A stretch of DNA of 64,000 nucleotides from an uncultured Bacteroidota bacterium (GTDB lineage Bacteria; Bacteroidota; Bacteroidia; Bacteroidales; CG2-30-32-10). Shown here piece by piece: positions 1-10,136 of this stretch (positions are counted from its first letter, which is position 1; the number at the start of each line of letters is the position of its first letter). Where the stretch lies: positions 45,002-109,001 of the forward strand of contig CAWHOW010000027.1 in assembly GCA_963831005.1 (NCBI GenBank). Direction: 5' to 3'. Below the pieces are notes generated by a model. The model ran no database searches, was not told the DNA's origin, and worked only from the letters and a program-made list of their open reading frames with translations. A program made the translations under genes and the position numbers.

Positions 1-94
1 TGTCTGCAACAGTTACCTGGAAACTTTTTTCTTTAGCAAGATCAATTGCCATTGGGCCTCCAACGAGCCCTGCACCTAAAACTATAACCTTCAT
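1..94 (-). CDS. N-terminal fragment of an NAD(P)-binding Rossmann oxidoreductase (saccharopine dehydrogenase-like); the gene runs off the left edge
   Basis: The reverse complement from 94 reads MKVIVLGAGLVGGPMAIDLAKEKSFQVTVAD, a GxGxxG dinucleotide fold at the extreme N-terminus. It is not in the ORF track because it is truncated by the window edge. Confidence 0.45.
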   Translation of the reverse strand, partial: MKVIVLGAGLVGGPMAIDLAKEKSFQVTVAD

Positions 95-106
95 TTTCTT
101 TTGTTT

Positions 107-1006
107 TTAAACTAGTTTATTAATCATTTTATATATCTGCGATAATGAAACGCCTGCAACAACTATCACTATCCCGATAATTTTGTTAAAATTAAATGTT
201 TCTGACAATATAAAAAAAGATAAAATTGCAGTAAATACAGGAATGAGGTTGGTAAACATATTTGCTTTATTTATTCCTAACTCTCTTACAACAGGGATGT
301 ACAGTATGTATGCACCTGAAGAAGCGAACACAGCCAGCATCAGCATTGAATAAACCAAGTCAGTATCGAGTGGAATTGAAATGAAATACTTAAAGTCGAA
401 AATAAAGAACAATGGCATAAAATAAATGGCGCCGAGTATATTCTGAGCTTTAATAATGGTAAATGAAGAATATTTATTGGTAAGTTTCTTTACAACAATT
501 GCATAAGCTATGGCAGAAGCAACAGCAAAAAACTCAAGGCTGACACCAAGAGGAGAAGCATCAAAAGTAAAATCCTGATTGAACACCATCAGCATGATAC
601 CCGCGAAAGAAATGATAAGTCCGAAAAAATTAAGGAATGAAATTTTCTCTTTAACAAAAAGAAATGAAAAGATGGGAGTTAACACAGGCAAGGTTGAAAT
701 GATAACAGCCGCTATTGTTGATGATATCATGGTCAATCCAAAGCTTTCACCAATGAAATAACAAAACGGTTGTGTTAATGCCAGCAGAAGAAACTTGCCA
801 TAATCTTTCTTATCTATCTTCTGCCCTTTCTTCATCAGCTTAATAGCAACAGTCAATATGATGGAAGATATAACAAGTCTTAGAAATATGGTCATGATGG
901 GACGGTAATGATGTGCATACACTATCTTCACCCAAATAAAGGAACAACTCCAGAAAAGCATAGAGAGCAGTGCGAAAGAAATTATTCTGAAATTAGCTTT
1001 TTTCAA
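107..1006 (-). CDS. EamA/DMT family transporter
   Basis: 299 aa, about 10 hydrophobic helices arranged as two similar halves, typical of the drug/metabolite transporter (EamA) superfamily. Confidence 0.75.
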   Translation of the reverse strand: MKKANFRIISFALLSMLFWSCSFIWVKIVYAHHYRPIMTIFLRLVISSIILTVAIKLMKKGQKIDKKDYGKFLLLALTQPFCYFIGESFGLTMISSTIAAVIISTLPVLTPIFSFLFVKEKISFLNFFGLIISFAGIMLMVFNQDFTFDASPLGVSLEFFAVASAIAYAIVVKKLTNKYSSFTIIKAQNILGAIYFMPLFFIFDFKYFISIPLDTDLVYSMLMLAVFASSGAYILYIPVVRELGINKANMFTNLIPVFTAILSFFILSETFNFNKIIGIVIVVAGVSLSQIYKMINKLV

Positions 1007-1018
1007 GAGGGAATGAAT

Positions 1019-1813
1019 TTATGAGCGGCCCTCTTCGTTAAGCAAACCGGCATGTTTAATAGTTCTTAAAATGACAACCAAAATAAAAGCAACGATAACT
1101 ACATATACAGATACCCTTTGCCATTCTATTTTTTTCTCTATAAAATATATCCTCAACAGATCAATAAAAGCAAAACCGAAAGCAGTTGCAAGCACGCCTG
1201 AATACTCTCTTCTTAAGACACTTTTAAATGAGAAAGGGATTTCATTCTTTTTGTAATTTTTAAAAGAAGGGATAAATGCAGGAACTGTTTTTGACCATAC
1301 CAAGTAAACATCGCCAAACTTCTTCTCAAGGAAACGTTCCTCGGCAAACATGATGCGTTCGTAATACAACCAAAAGGCTAAAGAAACGATGATGAAGAAA
1401 TAAATATTAAACGTAAACATCACTATGCCTATCCACATCAGGTAATTCCCAAGATACAGGGGATGCCTGAGCATGGAATATATACCTGATGTATTAAGCG
1501 ATTCGGCAACCTGCTCATTGGTGTTCCTGCCTGAAGTCCCTTTGGGGGTAGTGGCTATTGCATATGCACGAATAACAAAACCAAATAAACTTATCACGAT
1601 TGCAGCTATGCTTAATGCAATTGCCATACTATTTTTCATATAGGAATAATCGGTAAAATAGATAACCGGTACAGCTAAAATAAAAAGAATAACGGGCATC
1701 TGTCCCCTGTTGCGGAACAAGGTATTCCCGCTTTTCTCGAATGAATGAATCAATGCCATTATTAAAAAAATTTGGTTATTTTGGATAATTGTTGTATCTT
1801 GCACAATTATCAA
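1019..1813 (-). CDS. Membrane methyltransferase of the ICMT/PEMT-like family (likely true start at ATG 1759)
   Basis: Polytopic membrane protein with the RHPLYLGNYLMW motif (RHPxYxG), characteristic of the isoprenylcysteine carboxyl methyltransferase family. The first 18 codons look like read-through of the upstream region. Confidence 0.6.
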   Translation of the reverse strand: MIIVQDTTIIQNNQIFLIMALIHSFEKSGNTLFRNRGQMPVILFILAVPVIYFTDYSYMKNSMAIALSIAAIVISLFGFVIRAYAIATTPKGTSGRNTNEQVAESLNTSGIYSMLRHPLYLGNYLMWIGIVMFTFNIYFFIIVSLAFWLYYERIMFAEERFLEKKFGDVYLVWSKTVPAFIPSFKNYKKNEIPFSFKSVLRREYSGVLATAFGFAFIDLLRIYFIEKKIEWQRVSVYVVIVAFILVVILRTIKHAGLLNEEGRS

Positions 1814-1850
1814 TAAAATTTGCGCTAAAGTATTAAATTTTACCTTAAGT

Positions 1851-2258
1851 ATGAAAACACATTGTCCTCAAAAATATACTCTCGAATATATTTTTATTGC
1901 ATCGGTTAAGTTGCTTTATCACTATTTAAGCACAGAACAGGGTTTGTCGGAATGGTTTGCCGACAAGGTTGACCTGAAAGACGGCATTTATCATTTTTCC
2001 TGGGGAGCCACTGAACAGAAGGCTTCTTTATCTTCAAAAAAAGAAAATGAATCTATCCGCTTTAAATGGATTGACGAAGAGTACGACAACTATTTTGAAT
2101 TCAAAATAGATACCAATTCCATTATGAGTGAGATTACACTTATAATTACTGATTTCGCTTTTGCCGAAAATATGAAAGAATCAGAAATGATGTGGAATTC
2201 GGCTATCAATAAAATGCTTAGAATAATAGGCGGAAAGCTTGTTCACTCCCCCTCTTAA
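1851..2258 (+). CDS. START-like / SRPBCC (AHSA1-like) domain protein
   Basis: 135 aa. The N-terminal LYHYLSTEQGLSEWFADKV segment resembles small Bacteroidota START-like domain proteins. Confidence 0.5.
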   Translation: MKTHCPQKYTLEYIFIASVKLLYHYLSTEQGLSEWFADKVDLKDGIYHFSWGATEQKASLSSKKENESIRFKWIDEEYDNYFEFKIDTNSIMSEITLIITDFAFAENMKESEMMWNSAINKMLRIIGGKLVHSPS

Positions 2259-3715
2259 AGGTTAAACCATTTTATCACCTTACTTTCTTCATCTTTCTTC
2301 AGACTTTTATGCCTGAATTCATTTGTTTTTGAGGAATAGAGGTAATCGTTTCCCCACTCTTTATGATTAGCCTGTATTTCTTTTAGTGCTTTAGCAATCA
2401 ATATGACCTCGCTGTCTTTCATAGTTGGATGAAGCGAAATCCTTACCCATCCGGGCTTGGTTGAAAGGTCACCTGTATTGATCTGTTCGGTGATTTTTTT
2501 AGAATAATTGTACGAAACATCTAGTAGAAAATGACCGTAAGTTCCTGCACAGGCACAGCCTCCCCTTACCTGAACACCATAGCGGTCGTTAAGAAGCTTC
2601 ACTATAAGGTTATAATGAATATCATCAATATACAGCGAAATAACACCTAATCGGTTCTTAACATTATCAGCGAGTATGTGAATATTCTTAATCTTGCTCA
2701 ATTCTTTAAAAGCAAGTTTTACCAACTGTTCTTCGCGCTTATGAATATTATCAGTACCCATTTTATTCTTCAACTCAATGCATAGCGCCGCGCGTATTGC
2801 CTGCAGAAAGCCAGGCGTTCCACCATCTTCCCTTAACTCAATATCGGAAATATATTTATATCCTCCCCATGGGTTTGTCCAGTCAACAGTACCACCGCCA
2901 GGTTGATCGGGAGCCTGACAATTGTACATGCCAGAATCAAATACAAGCACACCGGAAGTTCCTGGTCCACCAAGGAATTTATGAGGGGAGAAGAATATCG
3001 CATCAAGTTGCTGCATAGGATCGAGAGGATGCATGTCAATATCCACGTAAGGGGCAGAAGCAGCAAAATCGATAAAACATTTACCTCCGAACTCGTGCAT
3101 TATCTTAGCCATTTCATGATAAGGTGTTTCAATGCCTGTTACATTTGAACATGCTGTAAAGGAGCCTATTTTAATTTTGCGTTCTTTGTATTTCTTTAAT
3201 TGTTTTCTCAATTCATCCAAATCCACAAGCAAATCTTTTCCGGGTTCAATTAACACTATATCAGCGCATGTTTCATACCATGAAGTATGATTGGAATGAT
3301 GTTCCATATGGGTGATAAAGACCACGGGGCGCTCTGATTCTGATAAACACGGACGATTACTAAGCTTGCCGCATATCTTCAAGCCAAGTATTCGCTGAAG
3401 CTTATTAATAACCGTTGTCATTCCTGAACCCGCCGTAATAATAACATCATCTGGCCCTGCATGTACATGTTCTTTTATCTTCTTATGCGCCAGATGATAT
3501 GCTCTGGTCATTAAAACGCCGGTTTCGCTAGAATCGGAATGAGTGTTGCCCACAAAAGGGCCAATGATTTTGGATATTTTTTCTTCAATGGGACTGTATA
3601 GTCGTCCGCTTGCAATCCAGTCAGCATAGATCATTTTCTGAATACCATAAGGCGTTTTAAACATCACATCGTTTCCAATGATCTTATTCCTGAATTTATC
3701 AAAATATTTCTCCAT
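2255..3715 (-). CDS. Aminotransferase class V-fold PLP-dependent enzyme (cysteine desulfurase/selenocysteine lyase-like)
   Basis: 486 aa with SPHKFLGGPGTSGVL (PLP-lysine region) and ITAGSGMT motifs. Confidence 0.8.
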   Translation of the reverse strand: MEKYFDKFRNKIIGNDVMFKTPYGIQKMIYADWIASGRLYSPIEEKISKIIGPFVGNTHSDSSETGVLMTRAYHLAHKKIKEHVHAGPDDVIITAGSGMTTVINKLQRILGLKICGKLSNRPCLSESERPVVFITHMEHHSNHTSWYETCADIVLIEPGKDLLVDLDELRKQLKKYKERKIKIGSFTACSNVTGIETPYHEMAKIMHEFGGKCFIDFAASAPYVDIDMHPLDPMQQLDAIFFSPHKFLGGPGTSGVLVFDSGMYNCQAPDQPGGGTVDWTNPWGGYKYISDIELREDGGTPGFLQAIRAALCIELKNKMGTDNIHKREEQLVKLAFKELSKIKNIHILADNVKNRLGVISLYIDDIHYNLIVKLLNDRYGVQVRGGCACAGTYGHFLLDVSYNYSKKITEQINTGDLSTKPGWVRISLHPTMKDSEVILIAKALKEIQANHKEWGNDYLYSSKTNEFRHKSLKKDEESKVIKWFNL

Positions 3716-3735
3716 TGTCTATTACAAATAAATCA

Positions 3736-4542
3736 TCATACTTTATATGCAGATTTAATTATTCCGCTAAACTCTTCCGCAATATTGCTGTTTGAAGCAA
3801 CGATCTCCTTACCGAAAATATAATCATCAGCGCCTTTGAAATCGTACACCTTCCCTCCTGCCTGCTGCACAATAAAAGCTCCGGCAGCGACATCCCAGGG
3901 GTTTAGCCCGTATTCAAAGAAGCCTTCGAAACGCCCGCAGGCAACATAAACAAGGTCGAGCGCAGCAGAGCCAAGGCGGCGAATGCCACTGGAGTTTTGG
4001 AGAAAATAAGTAAACAATATCATATACTTTCCCAAGGCGGAATAATCGTAATAAGGAAAGCCTGTAGCTAGCAATGAATCGGTTACTTTAGCAGTGGATG
4101 AAACATGTATCTCTTTGCCGTTAAGGTATGCCGCACCGCCCTGCCATGCATAAAAACATTCATCAAGGTTAACTTCGTAAACCACACCTACCACTACTTT
4201 ATCTCTTTTCATCAATGCTATGCTAACTGAATAGCAAGGCACTCCATGAATATAATTGGTGGTGCCATCAAGGGGATCAACTATCCAATTGTAATCATCG
4301 CTATGTTTGGTAACAGTTTTTTCTTCCACCACATAACCTGCTTCGGGAAGAATTTCGGATAAGCGTTCGATGATCTTCTTTTCGGAGGCTTTGTCAACAT
4401 AGGTTACATAATCGTGCAAGCCTTTGGATTCGATGTCATCATTTTTTACCTTGCTTATTTCGCTTTTCAGGAAAGAACCTATACTTCTGGCAAGCAGGCA
4501 AACTTCTTCGCATATTTTTTGATAATCCATATATAACAACAA
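3736..4542 (-). CDS. Inositol monophosphatase family protein
   Basis: WIVDPLDGTTNYIHG metal-binding motif and a C-terminal WDVAAG motif. The 4-nt gap to lgt suggests co-transcription. Confidence 0.85.
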   Translation of the reverse strand: MLLYMDYQKICEEVCLLARSIGSFLKSEISKVKNDDIESKGLHDYVTYVDKASEKKIIERLSEILPEAGYVVEEKTVTKHSDDYNWIVDPLDGTTNYIHGVPCYSVSIALMKRDKVVVGVVYEVNLDECFYAWQGGAAYLNGKEIHVSSTAKVTDSLLATGFPYYDYSALGKYMILFTYFLQNSSGIRRLGSAALDLVYVACGRFEGFFEYGLNPWDVAAGAFIVQQAGGKVYDFKGADDYIFGKEIVASNSNIAEEFSGIIKSAYKV

Positions 4543-5850
4543 TTAGGTTGTTGTGACAGGTATTTTGTTTTTCTTTCGTAATAGATAAATAAGCAGCAGT
4601 ATCCCTGCAAAGAACAAAAGCGTAGAAATGATCTCGGCCTGGGTAATACTATGTCCGAAAATATGGTATTTAATATTTACCCTTATCTTTTCAATAAAAA
4701 AACGCTCAACGCCATTCATAATAAGGAAAACAGAAAATAACACCCCTGTTGTTTTTATCCTTTTTCTTATTGCCCACAAAACAATAAATAATAAGGCACA
4801 CATAGTGGTTTCATAAAAAGGAGTCGGAAACACAGGGATAGGCAACTGGGAATAATGTTTATCATTCTTACTTTTAATTCTTAAATATTCATTTTTCACA
4901 CCACTGTCTATTACATTATTTGGATATGAATAAGCAAACATCCATTTAGGTAGCCAACTAGGTCCTGATACACTAATATGAGGAACTTCTCTTAAATCAT
5001 GCGTATTAAATTCATTGAAATAAAAAGATTGATACTTCTGTAACGTATCTTGATACTGAGAACCCTGTACCAACTCAATTTTCGTATCGGAATTAGTTAT
5101 GTAAGCGCTATTTAGTATGCCCCAATCGCCATCGCCTGCTGTCTGGCAACCAATGCGACCAATGGCATAAGCAATCATAATGGCAGGAGCAGCAACATCG
5201 CACATAACCAGCGGCGGGATATTATTTTTCTTTGCATACAATATTATAGATATGGCAGCAAAAATCAACCCTCCATAGAATGTAAGTCCGCTGAATGAAA
5301 ACAAAGAACCAAGAGGATCGCTTATAAAACTGTCAATATTCTCAAGGCAGTCGAATACTTTAGCCCCTATAACGCCAAACAAAGCGCCAAGCATAATGAT
5401 GTTACCAGTAAGTTCATAAGGATGTACATCAATTTCTTCCCATTTAGGTGTTTCAAGCTTTTGCTTATTCTTTTCCCAGTAACGCAGATATACAGCAATA
5501 GCAGCACCAAGTATTCCCCCTATAATACTTCCATCAGAAGAAAAAACAAAAGACTGAGGGTTCTCGGAAAAACTACTGTAATGAAGTATCATCCCTAACA
5601 CTTTATAACCTAGTATAAACCCGATTATACCCATTATGATTAACTCCTGTGCAGTTGCAGGCTTCCCGATCAATACTTTTCGCTTCTGAATAGAAAGGAT
5701 GGAATTACGTTCTTTGCGCTTCAATTCCCTCATAACTAACCAAGCGGCCACAATAAAAGCAATAGCCATAAAAAAGCCAAAGCTTTGAATTGGCAATGGA
5801 ATGTTTACACCGAAAATATCTTTAATAAGGTCGGAAATGGTAGGGTACAT
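4543..5850 (-). CDS. lgt: Prolipoprotein diacylglyceryl transferase, long form
   Basis: Polytopic membrane protein with an Lgt-like N-terminus and an AIGRIGCQ motif (compare GRxGNFxN). At 435 aa it carries a roughly 100-aa insertion relative to the classical ~270-290 aa Lgt. Confidence 0.65.
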   Translation of the reverse strand: MYPTISDLIKDIFGVNIPLPIQSFGFFMAIAFIVAAWLVMRELKRKERNSILSIQKRKVLIGKPATAQELIIMGIIGFILGYKVLGMILHYSSFSENPQSFVFSSDGSIIGGILGAAIAVYLRYWEKNKQKLETPKWEEIDVHPYELTGNIIMLGALFGVIGAKVFDCLENIDSFISDPLGSLFSFSGLTFYGGLIFAAISIILYAKKNNIPPLVMCDVAAPAIMIAYAIGRIGCQTAGDGDWGILNSAYITNSDTKIELVQGSQYQDTLQKYQSFYFNEFNTHDLREVPHISVSGPSWLPKWMFAYSYPNNVIDSGVKNEYLRIKSKNDKHYSQLPIPVFPTPFYETTMCALLFIVLWAIRKRIKTTGVLFSVFLIMNGVERFFIEKIRVNIKYHIFGHSITQAEIISTLLFFAGILLLIYLLRKKNKIPVTTT

Positions 5851-5910
5851 TGTTATTTACACTTTAGAAACATTTATAGTTGAATACTTGAGATACCAAT
5901 CGTTTCATAA

Positions 5911-6372
5911 TTATTCATTACTCGGCCAAATGGGTTTCTCATCATCGTTATAATCAACGCCCCAGTTAACAGAAACTATTTTCCCACTATCGAAATAAAT
6001 ATCAACAACAGCATCGTTAATGCTGATTCTTCTTTCGCCCCATTCTTCATCTTCGGTTTCGAAATCGGAATAACCATTTTTTGTGAAAAGCTCTTTTATA
6101 TCAGCCTCTTTAAGTTCAGACAGAGGTTTACCTAACAAAGTAGCATCAATGTTTTCGGTTTCAAGGCAGGTACATCTTTTATCTTCAGCATAATCAAAAA
6201 ACACAGTAATTCCATGTTCCCAGTAATACCAAATCTCTGTTTTATTTTCAGAATCTTCATCAAGCTCAGTATCATCGGGATTGCCAAGTATCTTTTTTAC
6301 TCCACCCGTACTAAGGCCAAACTTAAGTTCATTAAGCCCGTGTTTAAGTTTTATTTCAATTTTTTCTTCCAT
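5911..6372 (-). CDS. Hypothetical acidic cytoplasmic protein
   Basis: 153-aa ORF rich in D/E; no recognisable motif. Confidence 0.45.
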   Translation of the reverse strand: MEEKIEIKLKHGLNELKFGLSTGGVKKILGNPDDTELDEDSENKTEIWYYWEHGITVFFDYAEDKRCTCLETENIDATLLGKPLSELKEADIKELFTKNGYSDFETEDEEWGERRISINDAVVDIYFDSGKIVSVNWGVDYNDDEKPIWPSNE

Positions 6373-6393
6373 TGTTATATGTATTTAGCTGTT

Positions 6394-7203
6394 TTATTTG
6401 AATGGTGAATCGTGTTCTTTTGCCATGTGGTTATATACCATTTTATCCATCATCTTGGGGAAAAACTTATTCAATAATACTATCAACTTTCCCTGTGTGG
6501 TTAGGACAATTCGATGTTTACGTTTTTTAATAGCACTTATAATATGTTTAGCAACATCTTCCGAGGTCATTAATTTACCTTCATCAAGAGGAGATTCGCC
6601 CTGCGTACTGCCATCCTTTGCCAATGCTGTATTACGTATGTTGGATGCTGTAAAACCAGGACAAGCAATAAGGACATGTAAACCTTTATTCAGATTCTCT
6701 ATCCTTAAGGTTTCCAGAAAACCCTGCATAGCAAACTTCGATGCGGAATAACCTGTGCGTCCGGGAAGGCCTTTATATCCTGCAATAGAAGAAACCCCAA
6801 CCACGCTTCCTTTGCTTTTCAATAAGTAAGGTAATGCGTATTTTGTACAATAGACAGTGCCCCAGAAATTAGTATCCATCAGCTGTTTGATAACTTTCAG
6901 ATCCACATCCTCAAATAATGCACGCATGGAAATGCCTGCATTATTAATGAGTATATCTATCGTTCCAAATTTATTTACAGTTTCAGCAATAATTTTTTTA
7001 CAATCATCTTCCTTACTCACATCGGCCTGTATAGACAAAACAGCATAATTTTTACTTTCCAGTTCCTTTGCAAGCTGACCCAGTTTATCAGTATTCCTGG
7101 CAGCAATCACTACCTTTGCACCCATGCTTCCAAGTTCTTCGCTTAGTGATCTGCCAATTCCAGAGCTTGCACCGGTAATAATTACAACTTTATCTTTCAT
7201 CAA
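6394..7203 (-). CDS. SDR family oxidoreductase
   Basis: TGASSGIGR cofactor motif, NNAG, and the YSASK catalytic Tyr-x3-Lys. Confidence 0.9.
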   Translation of the reverse strand: MMKDKVVIITGASSGIGRSLSEELGSMGAKVVIAARNTDKLGQLAKELESKNYAVLSIQADVSKEDDCKKIIAETVNKFGTIDILINNAGISMRALFEDVDLKVIKQLMDTNFWGTVYCTKYALPYLLKSKGSVVGVSSIAGYKGLPGRTGYSASKFAMQGFLETLRIENLNKGLHVLIACPGFTASNIRNTALAKDGSTQGESPLDEGKLMTSEDVAKHIISAIKKRKHRIVLTTQGKLIVLLNKFFPKMMDKMVYNHMAKEHDSPFK

Positions 7204-7397
7204 AATAGATTTTCAACGCAATAATAAGCTTAAAATTCGGATTATTGATATAATGAAAATGTTTTCTAAGTAATTTGCAAATATAGATATTACGTTAAAA
7301 TCATTTATCATGATTGTAAATAAGATACTTAATAAACTGTTAATTACATTTTTAGTTTTTGTAGGCAAATTATTTTTGGAATTTCAAATAATGCCTC

Positions 7398-7405
7398 TAT
7401 CTTTG
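7398..7405 (+). promoter_or_regulatory. Candidate Bacteroidota -7 promoter box (TATCTTTG) for tRNA-Lys
   Basis: Matches the TAnnTTTG consensus about 20 nt upstream of the tRNA 5' end. A TTTG lies about 22 nt further upstream. Confidence 0.35.
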
Positions 7406-7424
7406 CACCCTCAAAAAAGAAGAT

Positions 7425-7497
7425 GATTTGGTAGCTCAGCAGGTAGAGCACATCCCTTTTAAGGATGGGGTCCTGGGTTCGAATCCCAGCCAGATCA
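7425..7497 (+). tRNA. tRNA-Lys (anticodon UUU)
   Basis: Hand-folded cloverleaf: acceptor GATTTGG/CCAGATC, D arm GCTCAGCAGGTAGAGC, anticodon stem CATCC/GGATG with loop CTTTTAA, T arm CTGGGTTCGAATCCCAG, discriminator A. No encoded CCA. Confidence 0.9.
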
Positions 7498-7512
7498 CTC
7501 TTAATCTTTATA

Positions 7513-7552
7513 AACCCCTGTAGAATTGATACTTACAGGGGTTTTGTTTTTT
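7513..7552 (+). terminator. Rho-independent terminator after tRNA-Lys
   Basis: Stem CCCCTGTA/TACAGGGG with an 11-nt loop, followed by TTTTGTTTTTT. Confidence 0.7.
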
Positions 7553-7691
7553 CAGGGGACGGGTTTGGGGACGGTGGCAGAATAATAAATTTCTATTAAT
7601 AAAAAAGGCTTACCGATTATGATAAGCCCTTTAGCCAAATGTCCTAAGAGAAATATTATTTTGTTACTGCTCTTAATACTTCACCATTCTT

Positions 7692-8336
7692 TTATAATAG
7701 AACGTTAACTGTACCAGCATAAGAAGAAATTGAAATCTCACCTGTAGTTGGGTTCTTGAATGCAATATATGCATAAACCGTATTTCCTACACAGATAGGC
7801 GGACATGTTATAGTTAATGTGCCAGCAGAACGAACTGATGAAGAAGTGTCCTCAAGGATCATTCTGTTAGAGGCATCGATTAAAAGTATCATGCCAACAT
7901 CTGTACTTGCTGCATCACCTTCACCTGTATTATCAGTCCAGGTTAAAATAACTTTACGACCAGCAGCGTTTGCAACCGAAACTGTATCAATGCCGGTTAA
8001 AGTACCCGTAGCCACTACTAAATTCGGGTAATTAATAGAAAACGAAGGATACGTTCCGGAAATTGCTGTTGAAAGGTTTAACTTTACAAAAGAATTAGAG
8101 CCTGACATATTAGCATAAGCCTTAGCGAGGCTAACACGTACAAACGGCAAGCATTTTTTCCCTAATGCTACTATAAGTTTAAACTTTGCACGCTGGATCA
8201 ATTGAGCCTTTGTTTTAGGATTGTGTGGTTTTGGTTGGTAAGCTCTTAAGATATTTAAGCTTTTCCATTTGGAACCTACGACTGGGCCAACCTTCCCATT
8301 TACTTTTCCTAGAATTCCATCATAAATTGTTGCCAT
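7692..8336 (-). CDS. Hypothetical protein, resembles a conserved Bacteroidota family (possibly DUF6266)
   Basis: 214 aa. The N-terminal GILGKVNGKVGPVVGSKWKSLNILRAYQPKPHNPKTKAQLIQRAKF pattern matches my memory of that family. The name is tentative. Confidence 0.5.
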   Translation of the reverse strand: MATIYDGILGKVNGKVGPVVGSKWKSLNILRAYQPKPHNPKTKAQLIQRAKFKLIVALGKKCLPFVRVSLAKAYANMSGSNSFVKLNLSTAISGTYPSFSINYPNLVVATGTLTGIDTVSVANAAGRKVILTWTDNTGEGDAASTDVGMILLIDASNRMILEDTSSSVRSAGTLTITCPPICVGNTVYAYIAFKNPTTGEISISSYAGTVNVLL

Positions 8337-8584
8337 AAATTTTGATTTTTTAGTTAATTTAAATTGTTAATTATTAATATTACTTATACTTGTAATGCAC
8401 CTGAATGGAGATTCCGCGCAAACTGGGCCAGTAATTCCGCGGGAAAGTGTACCCCTCATTCCGCAGTAAACTGGTCCCCCTATTCCGCGGCAAACTGTGC
8501 CGCCTAAAATACATTGAGCTCTGTTGTTTTTGAACATATTTTGTAAAGATTAAACAGTACATTACTGTAAAATCAATACAGATT

Positions 8585-10135
8585 ATGCCAAACAAAAACA
8601 TCGACATGAGCAAACTAAGACAAATCATAAAACTCTACGCCAGTCATAAACAAGGGACGCGCACCATACGTGATTTAATAGGTGTGTCAAGGACAACGAT
8701 AATGAAGTATATTGCACAGTTCCGTGCTTCAAGAATACTCTGGGACGAACTGTCAACGCTTAACGATAAAGACCTTGATGATCTGTTTAACACAGATGCA
8801 GAGATACCAGAACCACCGGAACGAGAGAAAGAACTATATGCATTCTTCCCACAAGTGGATAAGCGGATAAAACAGCCCGGAATGACTCTTCTCAAGCTAT
8901 GGAAAGAGTATTCTGATAAAACCACAGACGGATACCAAAGCACTGGATTTTACAAACATTACAGCCTCTGGAAGGGACGGTCTCACCCATCCATGCACAT
9001 GACACATAAAGCAGGAGATAAGATGTTTGTTGACTTTACAGGGAAGAAGCTTGAGGTTATTGATGTTTCAACAGGAGAGGTTAAAACAGTCGAGGTATTT
9101 GTTGCCATACTCGGAGCAAGTCAGCTAACATTTATTCAGGCAGTGGAAAGGCAGGACATATCAGATTTTATCATGGGTTGCGAAAATGCACTTTACTATT
9201 TTGGCGGAGCCCCTACAGCCATAGTACCGGATAATTTAAAGTCAGCGGTTACCAAAAGCAGCCGTTTTGAACCAATATTGAACCAGAACTTTGAGGCATT
9301 TGCAGAACATTATGGAATGGCAATACTACCCGCAAGAGCATATAAACCCAAAGACAAATCATTGGTTGAAGGAGCTGTGAAGATAACCTATAACAGGATT
9401 TTCACAAATCTTCAGGGACAAAAGTTTTATTCATTAACAGAACTCAATGAAGCTATAATGAGGCATCTTGAAAATCATAATAAAGCATGCTTTGTCGGGC
9501 GAACATACTCACGTATGGACCAGTTTAATGATATAGAGAAACATGTACTGCAACCTTTACCCTTCATGCGTTTTGAGATGAGAGAAAATGTTCAGGTTAC
9601 GGTAATGAAGAACGGTCATGTTTGCCTTCATCGAGACAAACATTATTATAGCGTTCCTTCCAATCATGTAGGCAAGAAAGTAAAGTTATTTTTTTCAAAA
9701 ACAACCGTGGACATCTATTACAAATACGAATTAATTACAAGCCATCTGCGCTCAAGAGCCCCACATGGCTACACTACCATACCCGAGCATATGGCAACTT
9801 ATAATAAAGAGATTTTGGAATGGAACCCGCAACGTTTTATAGATGATGCCAATAAAATACACAGCGATGTAGGGTATTACATATCATTAGTAATAACCAA
9901 AAAAGCACATCCTGAACAGGCATATAAATCATGCCAGGGAATACTTTCATTTGCAAAGCGTGTCGGCAATGAAAGGCTCATCAATGCATGTAGGCGCGCA
10001 CATCAGTTTGGCGTGTTTCATTATAAAATAATAGAAACCATTCTGCAAAGGAATCTTGACCAGTATGACATGGATGATGAAATACCTCCGATGCCTGCTC
10101 ATGATAACATTCGCGGAGAAGAATATTATAAATAA
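8585..10135 (+). CDS. istA: IS21 family transposase IstA
   Basis: 516 aa with an N-terminal HTH (RTIRDLIGVSRTTIMKYI) and a DDE integrase core (FVDFTG ... VPDNLKSAV ... KDKSLVEG). Confidence 0.9.
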   Translation: MPNKNIDMSKLRQIIKLYASHKQGTRTIRDLIGVSRTTIMKYIAQFRASRILWDELSTLNDKDLDDLFNTDAEIPEPPEREKELYAFFPQVDKRIKQPGMTLLKLWKEYSDKTTDGYQSTGFYKHYSLWKGRSHPSMHMTHKAGDKMFVDFTGKKLEVIDVSTGEVKTVEVFVAILGASQLTFIQAVERQDISDFIMGCENALYYFGGAPTAIVPDNLKSAVTKSSRFEPILNQNFEAFAEHYGMAILPARAYKPKDKSLVEGAVKITYNRIFTNLQGQKFYSLTELNEAIMRHLENHNKACFVGRTYSRMDQFNDIEKHVLQPLPFMRFEMRENVQVTVMKNGHVCLHRDKHYYSVPSNHVGKKVKLFFSKTTVDIYYKYELITSHLRSRAPHGYTTIPEHMATYNKEILEWNPQRFIDDANKIHSDVGYYISLVITKKAHPEQAYKSCQGILSFAKRVGNERLINACRRAHQFGVFHYKIIETILQRNLDQYDMDDEIPPMPAHDNIRGEEYYK

Positions 10136-10136
10136 A

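Noticed and set aside
8380-8628. 82-aa minus-strand ORF (and 8644-8943, 10908-11105)
   Set aside because: They lie in the IS21 terminal repeat regions or antisense to istA, and their translations are just the ATTCCGCG subrepeats read as protein.
10056-10136. ORF-track start of istB at 10056, overlapping istA by 80 nt
   Set aside because: The IstB-like sequence begins at the ATG at 10137, right after the istA stop. The upstream extension has no similarity to IstB N-termini.
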